This document shows, piece after piece, positions 51,698 through 64,000 of a stretch of 64,000 nucleotides of DNA. The notes under the pieces are model-generated. The model did not search any database. It saw only the letters and a program-made list of their open reading frames with translations, and was not told the DNA's origin. Within the stretch, counting starts at the first letter, position 1. Each line of letters opens with the position of its first letter. The translations under genes were made by a program, and so were the position numbers. The stretch spans positions 43,960,001-44,024,000 of the forward strand of contig NC_087436.1 in assembly GCF_036321535.1 (NCBI RefSeq), read 5' to 3'. The DNA is from Camelus dromedarius (Eukaryota).

Positions 51698-52649
51698 TTT
51701 TGTCCTCTTTCACAGGATTATAGCATTTTACCCATAGTTTTTTTCCTTCAAAACAAAACCTAAATACTTTCGAGTGATTTGAATTTATGTACACATTTAA
51801 GCTATTCACATCTCACAGTTAAAATATATGACTAAACAACAGCAGAAATAAAATTCCACCAAATGATCCAAATTAACTTAGGAAAAAGCTCTACGATACA
51901 GGATATGACTTTCGATTAAACCAAACACTATGACATGAAGAGAAAAAGACTGGTTAGCAAAAACAAACACAAACAAAAAACTTAAGCAAACAAAACGTAC
52001 CTTAGGAAAACACACTGAACCACAAATTCTTTTAAAAGCAGTATGATGCAGGGATGAAGGCTGAAGGTTGACAGAACTCTGACATTTAGTACTAGCCAGA
52101 AACTTTAAAAATATGTTAAGAGTTTGTTTTAAAAAATAGAATTAAAGTAACCTTTGAAAGGGGAATAAACTAAATAAACATTAAAATATTTGGGAGAAAT
52201 TCACTGGGAAAACAAAAGGCTAAGACAGTTTCCCAAATGTGTTCTACCAGATAATAAATATGCATTACTATTTAAAAACAGATTTATACCCAAATTAATT
52301 TGGGAAATGCTAAATTGAACAAGTTTAAATAATTTTCTTTAACAGTTCTCAGAACCTTTAATATGATAATTTACACTCTGAGACTAGCATTCTGTACACA
52401 CTCTGGGCGCTTGGCTAAAGAATAATTTAAATTTGGTTTGGTACATTTTCTTCTTTCCTTAAAAAACAAAAATGATGGGGAAAAAAAAGCTTGTAGTATT
52501 CTTCTAATCAAATTTACTTTAGAGATGTGGAAAGTAGGCCCAAAGAAGTTTAAGTAATTTGCACAAACGCATCTAACAGTTCAGTGAAGCTGGAAATTAA
52601 CATAGAAACTAAAACTCTTATAACTATGCCAGTGCATAAAAAATACATA

Positions 52650-52746
52650 CCATATGTCACTAATTCTAAAATGCACTTTTTTTTCCATTTTAACATTTCT
52701 GTATTTGGGATGCATCTTAAAACAGATTTTTAGATGAAGTGAAATG
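52650..52746. mobile_element. MER104-like Tc2 MITE
   Basis: ttctaaaatgcac...cattttaacatttctg...gggatgcatctta resembles the recalled consensus. Confidence 0.55.
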
Positions 52747-53210
52747 TAAAAATCAACAAAAAGAATAAATGATAAAAAAGATAATCGCTAAAGTCAGAAA
52801 GTGATCATAGAACAAACATGAATAAATTTCACCCTCAGAAATCTATGAAAATTATAGTTAAAGAATGGGTTTACTCTGGATTGTTGAGGAATTTTACCTA
52901 CTTAATGGCAAGAGGTTAGAAATATCTTTTAAAAAGTTCTTCAGGTTCTGTAGAATGCTTTAAAAACCTGTTTTTTAATATATATATATGATATAATATA
53001 TAATTGATATATGAAACTATACATAGTATATTAGTTTTATATGTTATATAGTAGAAAAATCTGAATTATTTGTTAATATAAATTAGTAAAAGAAACTAAA
53101 AAGTAAAACTAAACACTAAAAATTCTAAAATAAAAATAAAAAATTTTAAAAATGATTGTTAGAACTAACAAAAACAAATATAAATTTTCTACTTATGTGA
53201 AAATACTTAC

Positions 53211-53237
53211 TTCATCACTTTCTACTAGATTCTCAAA
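53211..53237 (-). CDS. AP1AR: AP1AR exon 3 (27 nt): FENLVESDE
   Basis: ttcag|TTTGAG...GATGAA|gtaagt, phase 0-0. Confidence 0.95.
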
Positions 53238-54752
53238 CTGAAACAACAAGAAAGTAAGTGTTAGGATGAATCTTTGTCTAAAGTATCTATTTCACAAAAA
53301 ATTTTAAGTCACTTTTTCATTTCAAAAATAATATACCTTTATATTTTTAAGATAAAGTATAAGTTATGTCTTTTTACACACTAGTCCATTTGATACATTT
53401 AACAGTTCTATAAGACAGCCAAGACGAGAATATACCATTTATGACTATATGAAAAAGAAAAAGAATTACAGCAATTTTCTACATAAATCAGAAACATAAA
53501 CTAAAACTTTCACCTGAATTGAATATTTCATGGGTGTTTTAAACTCACACTGCCAGAATTTTTTACTTCACTTGAGTTTGGAAAAAATTATTTAATAAGA
53601 AGTCCCTCAAGAAACAGACTTAAAAAACACTCAAATAAGAATTTCTCTTGTAATATTTATATTTATTCATCTATTCATTCATATAACTATTTACTGAAAA
53701 TCTACTAGACGGTAGATGCTAATCCCCAGTGCAGTGTCCTTCTAGGGATAGGAATGTAAACAATTTGATCATGAAGGGATGAATGTCATGTCAAATGACC
53801 AAATGAAAGTCATTACTATTAAATTATATTATTAAAATATTTATACTTCAAATAATTTGACAAATAACCACTTGAAAGAATGGAAAATTGTTCTATTTTA
53901 ATATTGTTTCGTTGTTTAAAGATCAAGAAAACAATGAATTCAAAAGGCTTAGAAAATACAAGACTCTAAAGCGATGACTTAAAAGTGCTTAAAATTATTA
54001 TCTTGAACATATATTTTGTGCTGGTTTGTAATCTGTTTTAAAAAAAGAATTCTTGGTTTATATGCTTCTTTATTTAAGACAGAATGCAGTTTTGGACTGG
54101 CTGTAGGTTCTGCCACTTACAGGTTGTGTAATATAGTCCAATTTCTTCACCTGTCTAAGCCTCTAATTATCGCTGATAAAGTGGGGTGACTGCTACCTGT
54201 TTAACAGAATTGTAGTAAAAATTGTACATTCATAAACTGTATGATAAAATAGCTGGTACATAGTTGGGACTGAGTAAGTGGTAGACTCTATCATTATGTC
54301 CTTATATACAAAGAATAAGCAACTCAGAGTTTCATACAGTGGAGTTGCAGAAAAATCAACTAGCTGCTTTGATTCTGGCACACCTCAACTAGCAGGTCAG
54401 TGACCTGTCTCTAGAATCACTGTCTACAGAGCCACTATAACTGATAGAAGAGTACCCTCTGCCTCAGTTGTGTAGGGCAGAAAAAAGGCGAAAACAAAAC
54501 ACTACTTCTTAAAGTAGAAAGAGCAATTCTATTAGAAGAACAGGACCTTAATCTTTTGCAAGATGATTCTCCCTATTCACTGTTCCCAATGCTTTCCCTG
54601 TTCACTAGCATCAACAATATTGAAGTATATGAAAATTTAGTACCATACTAAATTTAGGTCCAGGCCTTTCTCCCTTAAGAACAACAACAACAAATGTCCT
54701 TCCTGTCCTTCTGACAGTACTTTTGTCCAATCAGATTCACGACTCTGCTTAC

Positions 54753-54801
54753 CTCTATAGTTAAGTGCTCACCTCTTGAGCATGTTCTAAAATACTTGGA
54801 T
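54753..54801 (-). CDS. AP1AR: AP1AR (gadkin) exon 2: SKYFRTCSRGEHLTIE
   Basis: cccag|...|gtaagc, 49 nt; peptide matches gadkin; frame consistent with the next exon. Confidence 0.95.
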
Positions 54802-56639
54802 CTGGGAAGAAAAACAGAAAAACAACTTTAAAAATCACAATTAATCCTAAAACTGAGTTAATATCATGGCATAAAACATTTCCTCAAATTCACTAATATG
54901 CAGTATCTTATATTTGAAAAAAGAAACCACCACACTTACCTAACAATATAAATAGTCCAGATTTTTTAACTTAGTTATGGATTTAAGTGTTTGGTCAACC
55001 AATATTTTTCTACTGGTCCTAATATTTACTAAAACTGTAATAATAAATTAACTTACTATATTTACCACATGGAACAGAATATAATTAAATTTAAGTTTAT
55101 CTCATTATTTTTACTGTATCAAGAAAAGTAACTTGCTAAAATATTGGTGTGTTAAATAATGTATAAGAGTATGCTCCCAATTTTGTTAAACATTTGCAAA
55201 ACAACAAAAATCTAAAAAGATACATGCAATATATTAAGAGTGGTTAGATAGTCGGATCATGTTTATACAAAGCTTAGGTGCTTTTTGTTCTCTTCTCACG
55301 TCTGCACTAATAAAAGAAAAAGAAAATCAATGCACATATACACTAGCCAAATAATTCATTACATTAATTTTTCCAACTAGGGTCCAATATTAACTTTAGT
55401 TTTAATTTCTCCTCACAATGTATATATGTATCAAATCACCATGATGTACACTTTAAATATCTTACAACTTTGTAGCTTATACCTCAGTAAAGCTAACATT
55501 AAAAAATTCTAATCACTCTTTTCTGCTCCTACTAGTGAAACCTACATGTAGTCAAGTAAGCATCTCCTTTGTTATACTCGCTCCAAAGATTTGACCACAC
55601 TCTATTATAAACTATATGTCCTCTAACTAATATAGTATGAAAGCTGGTTTGGGACACAGCCACTCAAACCCCTGTACTACTGGAGTGTTAGGAGGTAAGA
55701 CTTTCACTTACAATGTGGATCTTGTTATTGCTGCCTAAATTGATGACAGAGAGACTCTCCATCCTCTCACAGGGAACCAAAATTACACTGAGTTCCTAAT
55801 GTATCAGGATTCTTGGACAGAAAGTACCCCTTTAAGAGATGGTAAGAATCCTGGGGTTAGGAGAGATCAGAATGCTTTGTGAGTATTATGTATGTATGTG
55901 CGTGCAGAAGAAGCAGACAGATTTAGTAAAAGAGAATGCCATGTTACCAAAACTAAATTTTTTTATCATAAAGAATTTTAAAAAAGCAATGAAATTAAAG
56001 GTGCTATTTTTCCTGGTACAATCTTTATTTGCTAACAGATATAACGCAGTTTTATTGACCATTAAGAGATCATAGGTAAAAAGCAGAACATTTGGTATTG
56101 CCATTCCACAGATCTATTGATTCATGTAACATATCCAGTATAAATACCTTTAATTCTCTAAGCAACTAGTGCCTGCATCCTTCTAATCTTCCCCATTTCT
56201 CAAATAAAAACAGAAATGAGTTTAGCTTTCTAGTAGCACTGTGTTCTGACATTAGGATTTATGCTTAAAGTACTATATGCTCTCTCCCAGCAACCATCTC
56301 TCTCTTCCCTGAATGAAAAATCTGTTTCTGATTAATCTATTTCCTCTTCTAGGCTTACTGAGTGATTTAACCGAATAGTAGAATAAAGTTCAGTAATACT
56401 AAGTATCACAGTATAGGCCATCAAGTGTGACTTCACTGCTGAAGCAAAGTCTAAAGTTAAGACTGTATAAACCCAAGGAAGTAACTATTGCACTACACTT
56501 ACATTAGATGGCAGAATACTGTGTTCTGTTCTAATTATTCATAGACATATAGCTAACTTTAGTAGAAGCCCAAAGTGTTGGCTATTGTAAATGTCTCCCT
56601 TTTTTGTCCCCTTTATTCACATCTAACTATTGTGAGGAT

Positions 56640-57018
56640 GTTCATGCTCTTGAACGACTCTCTCTGATTATCTGACCAACCTAGACCATAGCTATCCCCC
56701 AGACCTCATTTGAATGGCTCAGAGTTATATGGAAACTGAGTAGAGAGACAGAGTATTCTCCTGAGAGCTCTAGGAAGGTGCTAAGGGTTAGGGTTCTGAC
56801 AATCTGCAGAGAGTATTGAAATCGATTGAGAGAGTGTTTTTTTTTTAAGTGTTCTCACAGTATTGAAGTCATCCCTAAGGACCAGTTACACCCCTGCTCT
56901 GCTCTGCCCATAGTTTGCTTAGTACTTGAGAAACCTAGTACCCTTATAAAAAATTCCACCTTTTGCCTAAGATAGTTTAATCTGGGTTTCTGTCCCTATA
57001 ATCAAGGTCCTGAGTAAT
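56640..57018 (+). mobile_element. MLT1-type LTR fragment
   Basis: 3' end gggtttctgtccctataatcaaggtcctgagtaata. Confidence 0.55.
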
Positions 57019-57649
57019 AAATAAACATGAGTCTAAGTGATAGAATGACAAAAAAGAAAATTAAGAAATAGTAATATATATAAATATAATAATAGGTAAA
57101 CAGAAAAGCATAATAAGTTTGGGGAAAAATTCAAGCTTTCTTTTAAGACAGATTAAATTCAGACCTTATTATTCACAAAGGGCATATACTGACTCCTAAC
57201 ACCACAAATGCTAAGATTATATTGATAGATTAAAGTAAATAAATACTCAATTTGGCAAACTCAGGGGCTGTATCCTGGAATTTATCTGAAAAGAAAATGA
57301 GAAATATTGTGGTACATATTTGAGAAGTAATTAGAAAGCCAATTGTTTGAAAGTCTCATTTCATATTTCAGAGAGCTTTCTCATTAGTAAATGAAAGAAA
57401 CTGAAATTAAAATCTTTCTATATTATTGGATGCCTAAAAGCCTAACACATTTAGAATATAACTTTTTCAGTGTTTCTGGTTATAAACTGTCTTGATATTT
57501 TGTGTTTTCTGACTCACAGTTTTGTTCTAGAATGAGGAGTGAGGCTCTTGGCAATCCTTTATTACTTCTAGGTAAGGATGAGAATACAAGTGGAACAACT
57601 TAAGAGAGAAAAGGAGATACTTATCTATTAAATGTGGCCTCAAGTGTTT

Positions 57650-59050
57650 ATATTTTTATTTCATAAGTACTTATTGAGTAGGTACTAAGTGCCTGGCACT
57701 GTTCTAGGTGCTGACAATACAACTGTCAATAAAACAGATAAAGACTGCCACCTTGCAGCTAACACTCTTGGGGATGAATGACAACAAGCAAGCAGATAAA
57801 TGCATCAGATGGTGGGATATGCTATGAAAAAACAAGTATCTCAAAGTAAGTGAGGATAGTGACTGGGAAAGGGAGGTTATTTTATATGGAGTGGTCAGGG
57901 CAGCCCTTTCTGTTAAAGCAAAATTAGAACAAAGACCTGCAAGGCAATGAGGAAGCCAGTCAACTAGATATCGGGAAGAAAAGAATTATAAGCAGAGGAA
58001 AAACACAAAAGCTCTGAGGCAAAACTGTGCTTGGCATATTCTAAGAAAGTAGGGGGCCTGAACAGCTGCAGTGGAGGAGAAAGGGAGATAAGATCTGAGA
58101 AAGAGCCAGAGTCAGACCACAGGCCAGGCCATGGGAAAGATTTTAGGTTTTATTCTCAATTAGATGAGAATTCACAAATATTTGTCTTTGGCGTTCACTT
58201 TTTCCCTGATTATCTTTTTTTATACATGATTTGTTCAAATCAGATTTCAAACAAGGTTTACACACTGCAGTTACCTGTTAGGCCTCTTAACGTCTGTAAC
58301 AGCCCTCCTCCCTGCACCATTACCTTTTATCATGCCATTGATTTGTTAGAGAAATCATGTCACTTGTCCTGTAGAATTTCTTACTTCCTAGATCACTTCC
58401 TAGTATTTTTCCTCTTGGTGTTGTTTAAATGTTTCCTCTATCCTCTGTGCTGGTAATCTGATTTAAAAGCTTGATTATATTGAGTGCAATTTTTTAAGGC
58501 AAGAACCCTTTATATGTGGTATGTGCTACTTAATCAAATTACAAGGAGTTTTATTTTTGTCTGCCTCACTTTTGCTGACACTGAGAATGATCCATAGGTT
58601 CAGGTATTGTTAGCCTAACGCATCCATTAGAAAGCTTCCCACCAACATTTTACTAAACGGTTTCAACATCCGTTGATAAATCATTTTCAGCTCTATTATT
58701 TCATTAGAAGGTAAAAAATCATTATTTTTTATTTCTATCATTCTTTAAGAATTTATTAGCTATATAAAAACTTCATTGGAAGATCCTGAATAGATGATCT
58801 GCCATAAGTTTTAAGAAGTCTAATTAGGAATCTATCATAATACTATAGCAGAAAAATGATGGTAGCTTGGATGACGAAACTGAAGTTATGAGAAGTAGTT
58901 CTGAAGAAAAGGTTGACAATTTGCTAATATATTAGCTGTAAGAGTGTATGTAAAAAGGAAAAATCAAGGATGCTCCTAACTTTTTGGCCTGAACAACTAG
59001 AATGGAGTTGCCATTTAGTGAGATGAAGGAATCTGGGAAAGGAGCACGTT
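57650..59050 (-). mobile_element. L2 fragments interrupted by an old L1 3' UTR (about 58200-58760)
   Basis: L2 3' end antisense (ttattgagtaggtactaagtgcctggcactgttctagg) and aatcaaggatgctcctaactttttggcctgaacaact. Confidence 0.7.
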
Positions 59051-59445
59051 TATGGTTTTAGGTGCTCTGAACTTGACATCCATATATTGAGTCTAGATTA
59101 GGGTTCTCTATTCAAATTCTAAGCCTAGAAACATTAACATCCGTCCAAAACCTCCTTTAGAGTACTTTCTATAATTAACCTTGTGGCTACTTCTCAATCT
59201 CAGATCAGTAAAAACACTACTGTTTTCTTTCTTGCTTCAAACCCAGGAAATTCATCTTGTTTTCTTTTCCTATCCCAAGGAAGAATGGCTGCAAAGATGC
59301 AATGTCAGCAATCTCTCCCCTCCCATACATATGCTTCATGTTCTCACCAAAACATACACATACCTATTGCTTTTAAGGATTTTACTTCTAATCACTATGG
59401 AAAAATAGAAGTATAGCCTATTCCCGGGAGAGAAAGGAAGAGTGA

Positions 59446-59499
59446 GTTATCCCTCAATAAGGGATAGTTATCCCTCAATAAGGGATATCTCTCAATAAG
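59446..59499. repeat. Tandem 21-bp hairpin-containing repeat (2 copies plus a partial)
   Basis: GTTATCCCTCAATAAGGGATA at 59446-59466 and 59467-59487, then TCTCTCAATAAG. Confidence 0.9.
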
Positions 59500-59867
59500 T
59501 TAGACATATAGGGAAAAAATTAAAACTATAAAAGCAATGCAGAATGGATCAGTTACCTTGATAAGCTGGGTCACCTTAGGGGAATGAATGGCTCCTGGGT
59601 TTTAAGACTTAAAGGAAAGAGAGTAAGATGGCATCTAAAAGAAGAATGTGTTGAGAAAATGGAAGACCAAAAACCACAGAAACGAATATTAGCAGGGTTC
59701 ATCCAAAGCCTATCTGCAGAAGGGTCCTGGTTCAAGGAACTGAGCTGTCTGACCCAGTGGCAGGTACTGCTCCAAGGGGATGAGTTATTTGAATTGTAAA
59801 ACTAAACTTCTTCTGAATTTATATTCACTAAGCACCTCTACCCTCTTATTCCTCTCATCCATTAAAA

Positions 59868-61112
59868 TTCTATCACGCTATTGCAGCAATTCAGTCACAT
59901 CTTCAAACTGTACTTCTAATTCTGGTCCTCTTGTTATTTCCACTGTCTCAGCAGTTACATTCTCCACTGAAGTCTTAAACTCCTCAAGGTCATCCATTAG
60001 GGTTGGAATCAACTGCTTCCAAACTGCTGATAATGTTGATATTTTGACCTCTTCTGATGAATCATGAATGTTCTTAATGACATCTAGGGTGAATCCTTTC
60101 CAGAATGCTTTAAATTTACCTTTCCCAGATCCATCTGAGGAATCACTATCTTTGGCAGCTATTGCCTTACATAATGTATTTCTTAAATAGTAAGACCTGA
60201 AAGCCGAAATTACAACTTGATCCATGGGCTGCAGAATGGATGTTGTGTTACTAGGTATGAAAACAATATTAATCTTGTTGTACATCTCCATCAGAGCTCT
60301 TGGGTGACCAGGTGCATTGTTGATGAGCAGTCATATTTTGAAAGGAATCTTTTTTTAATGATCAGTAGGTCTTAAGAGTGGGCTCAAAATATTCAGTAAA
60401 CCATGTTGTAAACAGATGTGTTGTCATCCAGGCTTTGTTGTTCCATTTATAGAGCCCAGGCAGAGTAGAATGAGCATAATTCTTAAGGGCCCTAGGATTT
60501 TTGGAATGGTAAATGAGCACTAGCTTCAACTTAGTCATCAGCTGCATTAGACACTAACAAAAGAGAGTCAGCCTGTCCTCTGAAGCTTTGAAGCCAGACA
60601 TTTATTTCTCTCTAGCTATGGAAGTCCTACATGGCATCTTCTTCCAAGAGAAGGCTGTTTCATCTACATTGAAAATCTGTTGTTTAGTATAGTCACCTTC
60701 ATTAATGATCTCTGGATAACTTGCTGCAGCTTCTACATCTGCACTTGCTGCTTTCCCCTGGACTTTTATGTTATGGAGATGGCATCTTTCCTTACACCTC
60801 ATAAACCAACATCCGCTAGCTTAAAAATTCTCTTCTGTAGTTTTCTCACCTCTCTCAGCTTTTACAGAATTGAAGAGAGTTAAGAGTCTTGTTCTGGATT
60901 GGGTTTTGGCTTAAGGGAGTGTTGTGGCTGTTCTGATCTACCCAGACCACGCGAACTTTCTCCGTATCAGCAATGAAACTGTTTTTCCTTACCATTCATG
61001 TGTTCAGTGGAGTAGCACTTTTAATTTCCTTCAGGGACTTTTCTTTTGGATTCACAACTTGGCTAACTGACCCAAGAGGCCTAGCTTCCAGCATCTTGGT
61101 TTTTGACATGCC
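59868..61112 (-). mobile_element. Tigger1 internal fragment, disrupted DDE transposase
   Basis: Three broken ORFs: [27 protein letters not shown]...[23 protein letters not shown]; stops/frameshifts between them; no TIRs seen. Confidence 0.93.
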
Positions 61113-61409
61113 TTCCCCATGTGATTTTTCATCCTTTGCTCTTCCATAAAAATTGGTGTAATCAGCCGGTTAAGTTCAGTCCAACTGCTGGAACTGCACT
61201 GAATTCAGATCTTTCTGTCTATGAACATGGTATTGTCCTCCAATTATTTAGTTTTTTTTTTTAACTGTTGTTTTGGTCTTATACATCTATCATCGATTTA
61301 TTCCTAGTTTTTTGTATTTTTAATTGCTTACACAGAAAGTAATTTTTAAAATATACATTATCTGTTTATTGCTGATATATAGGAACACAGTAAAATTTTA
61401 ATACAAATA

Positions 61410-61800
61410 ATAGATAGAATTTCACATTAAGAGATTAGGAAAAATATGTGATAATACCAAGCATTAGAAATGGAACAATGAAATCCCACTGTCTGCAAAA
61501 GTATAAACTGGTATAACTGCTTTGAAGATTTTGATATATTCTAGTAAATTTGAAGATGTGTATGAGCTATGAACCAGCAATTCAATTTCTGAGTATATAT
61601 ACCTAAAAAATCTCTAGAACATGTGTACAAAGAAATATTTATAAGAATGTTAACTGAAGTAGTTTGTAATAGTAAAAAAATCTTGAAATATTCTAAATGC
61701 TTATCAACAGGGGAATAGATTAATTTAATTATGGCTTATTCACACAATAAAACACTACAAAGGAGTAGAAATGAATGAATCTGAGCTACATGTATGAAAA
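61410..61800 (+). mobile_element. Old L1 (L1ME-like) 3' fragment
   Basis: ctatgaaccagcaattcaatttctgagtatatatacc; aaatgcttatcaacaggggaatagat. Confidence 0.7.
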
Positions 61801-64000
61801 TGAGACTTAAATGAATATTCCAGTTAAGAATCACTACCCTAAATCAAAAACTTAATCAATCAATGTTTATTATACTTAAAGTGACTAGAGGGGGAATGAA
61901 GCACCATTATTTCCTTCAACTTAGAGGAGTAAATGTGGGTCCTCATAAGAAGCTGTTCCTGCAAGTGTCAGGAACCATGTGAATCCTAGAGAAGTGAGTG
62001 GGGATAAATGCAGAGAGTGAGGGAATAATGGGAATAATGTATGCAATTAAATTTTGGGCATAGGCAAGAAATGATGATAGCCTGGATTAGAGTGTTGTCA
62101 ATGAGAGAAGTGGATAGAGTAAAGAAATATTTAGAAGATAAAAATCATCTGGTGTGGGGGATGGACTGGAAAATGAGAGGTGATGGGGAGAAGTGTCAGA
62201 ATCTCAATGGGGACATAATACAATAGAAGCAGAAGTCAAGAAAGGAGGTACAAGAGAAAAAAAATAAATGTAGTAAATCCAAGACAGTAAATCCAAGACA
62301 TAAGACTTAAGTGCAAGGAGTGAAAAGGATAAAGGACAAAGTGATGTAAGAAGCTAGAAAAGTCCTTTAGGAATATATCAGTATCATATAAAATAAAGCT
62401 GAACTGTGGAAAAAATGGTTAAAGTCATACCACATGTGCATTTAACTTCCATGAATATAGCCATATGCCCTGGAGGGAAGGGGGAGGTAAGAAATAATAT
62501 GAGCAGCAACCAACCACTGTATTCAAAAGTATGTATATTCAGGTGAGTTAGTTATGGTAAAAGTTGAGCAGCTGAAACCAAGAGGCTCTGGACAATGATT
62601 TAAAGAAAACAGAAGTCTATATTCCTTTAAAAAAAAAAATCTAGAGCTCTCCAAAGTCATCCACTGACATTTATTTATACACAATCCTTATGTCTCTGAG
62701 AGCTGTCTCTAAATGAACCAAGTTTCTGTATAACCATTCTCCTATTGCAGAATGATGTGAAAGTGGACTCAAATATGTAAAGGATATTAAAGAGGTAGAA
62801 AAGGTAGGCTATCATACTCTGCATGATGGTGGCATGTAAAGGAATTTGGAAGAGTTTGAAAGTAATGCAGTATAAAAGTGGAGATTCTTGCATATATATT
62901 TATTCATCAGTGTTATCAAGACAGATATTAAGATAATCTTTTATTAAGGATAAAATCATTCTCATCAAGAATAGACTGAAAATGCAGTTTTTTATGCTTC
63001 TATATGTTATTTGCAAAGTAGACAAATATACTTTTATAGAAAAGTGACTTTAGTAAAAGATAACTAAAAAATTCTCACAAATCCTACATCTTCACATTCT
63101 CCTGTATAATATCTGTTAAAGTAAAATAAGTCTTTCCTTGTATTTTGTTTGACATTATAAATAAATAATGAAGAACCATGGTAAATTGTTCCACAGTCTA
63201 TTAAAAATTAAAAGCTTCCCATGACTCTTTTTTTCTGGACAAAAGATTAGAAAGGTTACAAATAGAAGCCTGGAAAAAAACATTACACTGAAGATGACAG
63301 ACACATCATTTTTCAATGAGTATCAAATACTTCAATGAAGGTTTAACTATTCAAATCTCCAGAGATAATCCATCAACAGACTTTCCATGTAGGGACAGCA
63401 GTGACATAGGTGGTAATAATAAAGTAATAATATTTACTGTTAAATAAACTCCTCCCTAATGAAGGTAAACTTACGAAGAATGGATATTCAAAATATATAT
63501 TGAGTTCTTTGGAAGAGGAGGGACAAATCTTCCTGTTAAGCATGTTAAAGACAAAAAATATGGGTTAAAAAGTTAATTGCCTTTTAAGAGGAGCCTGATT
63601 TAGAGGGAACTAGTAACCAGAAGAGACCTCAGAGGTCTTTTAGTCCTCTTATTTATCCTCTGCAAGCTGTAAGCAACATCTCAAATTGCTGACTACCTTC
63701 CTCTTTTAGAAACTGTTGCCACTTACATGTCTATGATTTTGAACTTTTTAATTCTTCTTACTTCCCTGGATACCTGAATGACAGACATAGCTACATATTT
63801 ATATTTAAAATACAACAGTGAATAAAAATTGACCCACGTATCCAACAGGCTTACAGTCTAATGCAGCAGACACACAGGTAAATTAACAACTATGATGCTC
63901 TGAATGGGATATGTCCAAATAAGGGGCATCAAAAATTGGCTAGAGGAGGAGGAATTAGCTAGGTAGTGGAAAGGAATGTTTCAGGGAGCAGTAGCTACCA

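Noticed and set aside
59446..59499. CRISPR-like palindromic repeat array
   Set aside because: No spacers, only two full copies, mammalian intron, no cas genes.
59868..61112. Domesticated transposase gene (TIGD1-like)
   Set aside because: Broken by stops and frameshifts; an ordinary Tigger1 fossil.
62272..62300. Short tandem duplications (also near 11530, 38581 and 62021)
   Set aside because: Two-copy 9-18 bp duplications typical of neutral slippage.

Overview
Mammalian genomic DNA, very likely camelid (two tRNA-Ala-derived Vic-1-type SINEs; no Alu, Bov-A/BovB, PRE-1 or Can-SINE seen). It covers the ALPK1-TIFA-AP1AR locus. Left: the promoter and two non-coding 5' exons of ALPK1 (minus strand; its CDS lies off the left edge). 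Centre: TIFA on the plus strand (CpG-island exon 1 near 27.5-27.8 kb, single coding exon 32580-33134, 184 aa, polyA signal 33887). Right: coding exons 2-10 and the 3' UTR of AP1AR/gadkin (minus strand; exon 1 lies off the right edge). The rest is largely transposable-element debris, often nested. No prokaryotic-type or clearly new multi-gene system is present. The best leads concern the ADP-heptose sensor/adaptor pair ALPK1-TIFA: Ile instead of Thr/Ser at TIFA residue 177 in the TRAF6 motif, kappaB sites at both divergent promoters, two uORFs and an AATAAA in the ALPK1 leader, an intact solo LTR aimed at the ALPK1 promoter, and an orphan retroposed mRNA 3' end. All comparisons with human/mouse sequences and repeat consensuses are from memory and need alignment; most repeat boundaries are approximate.
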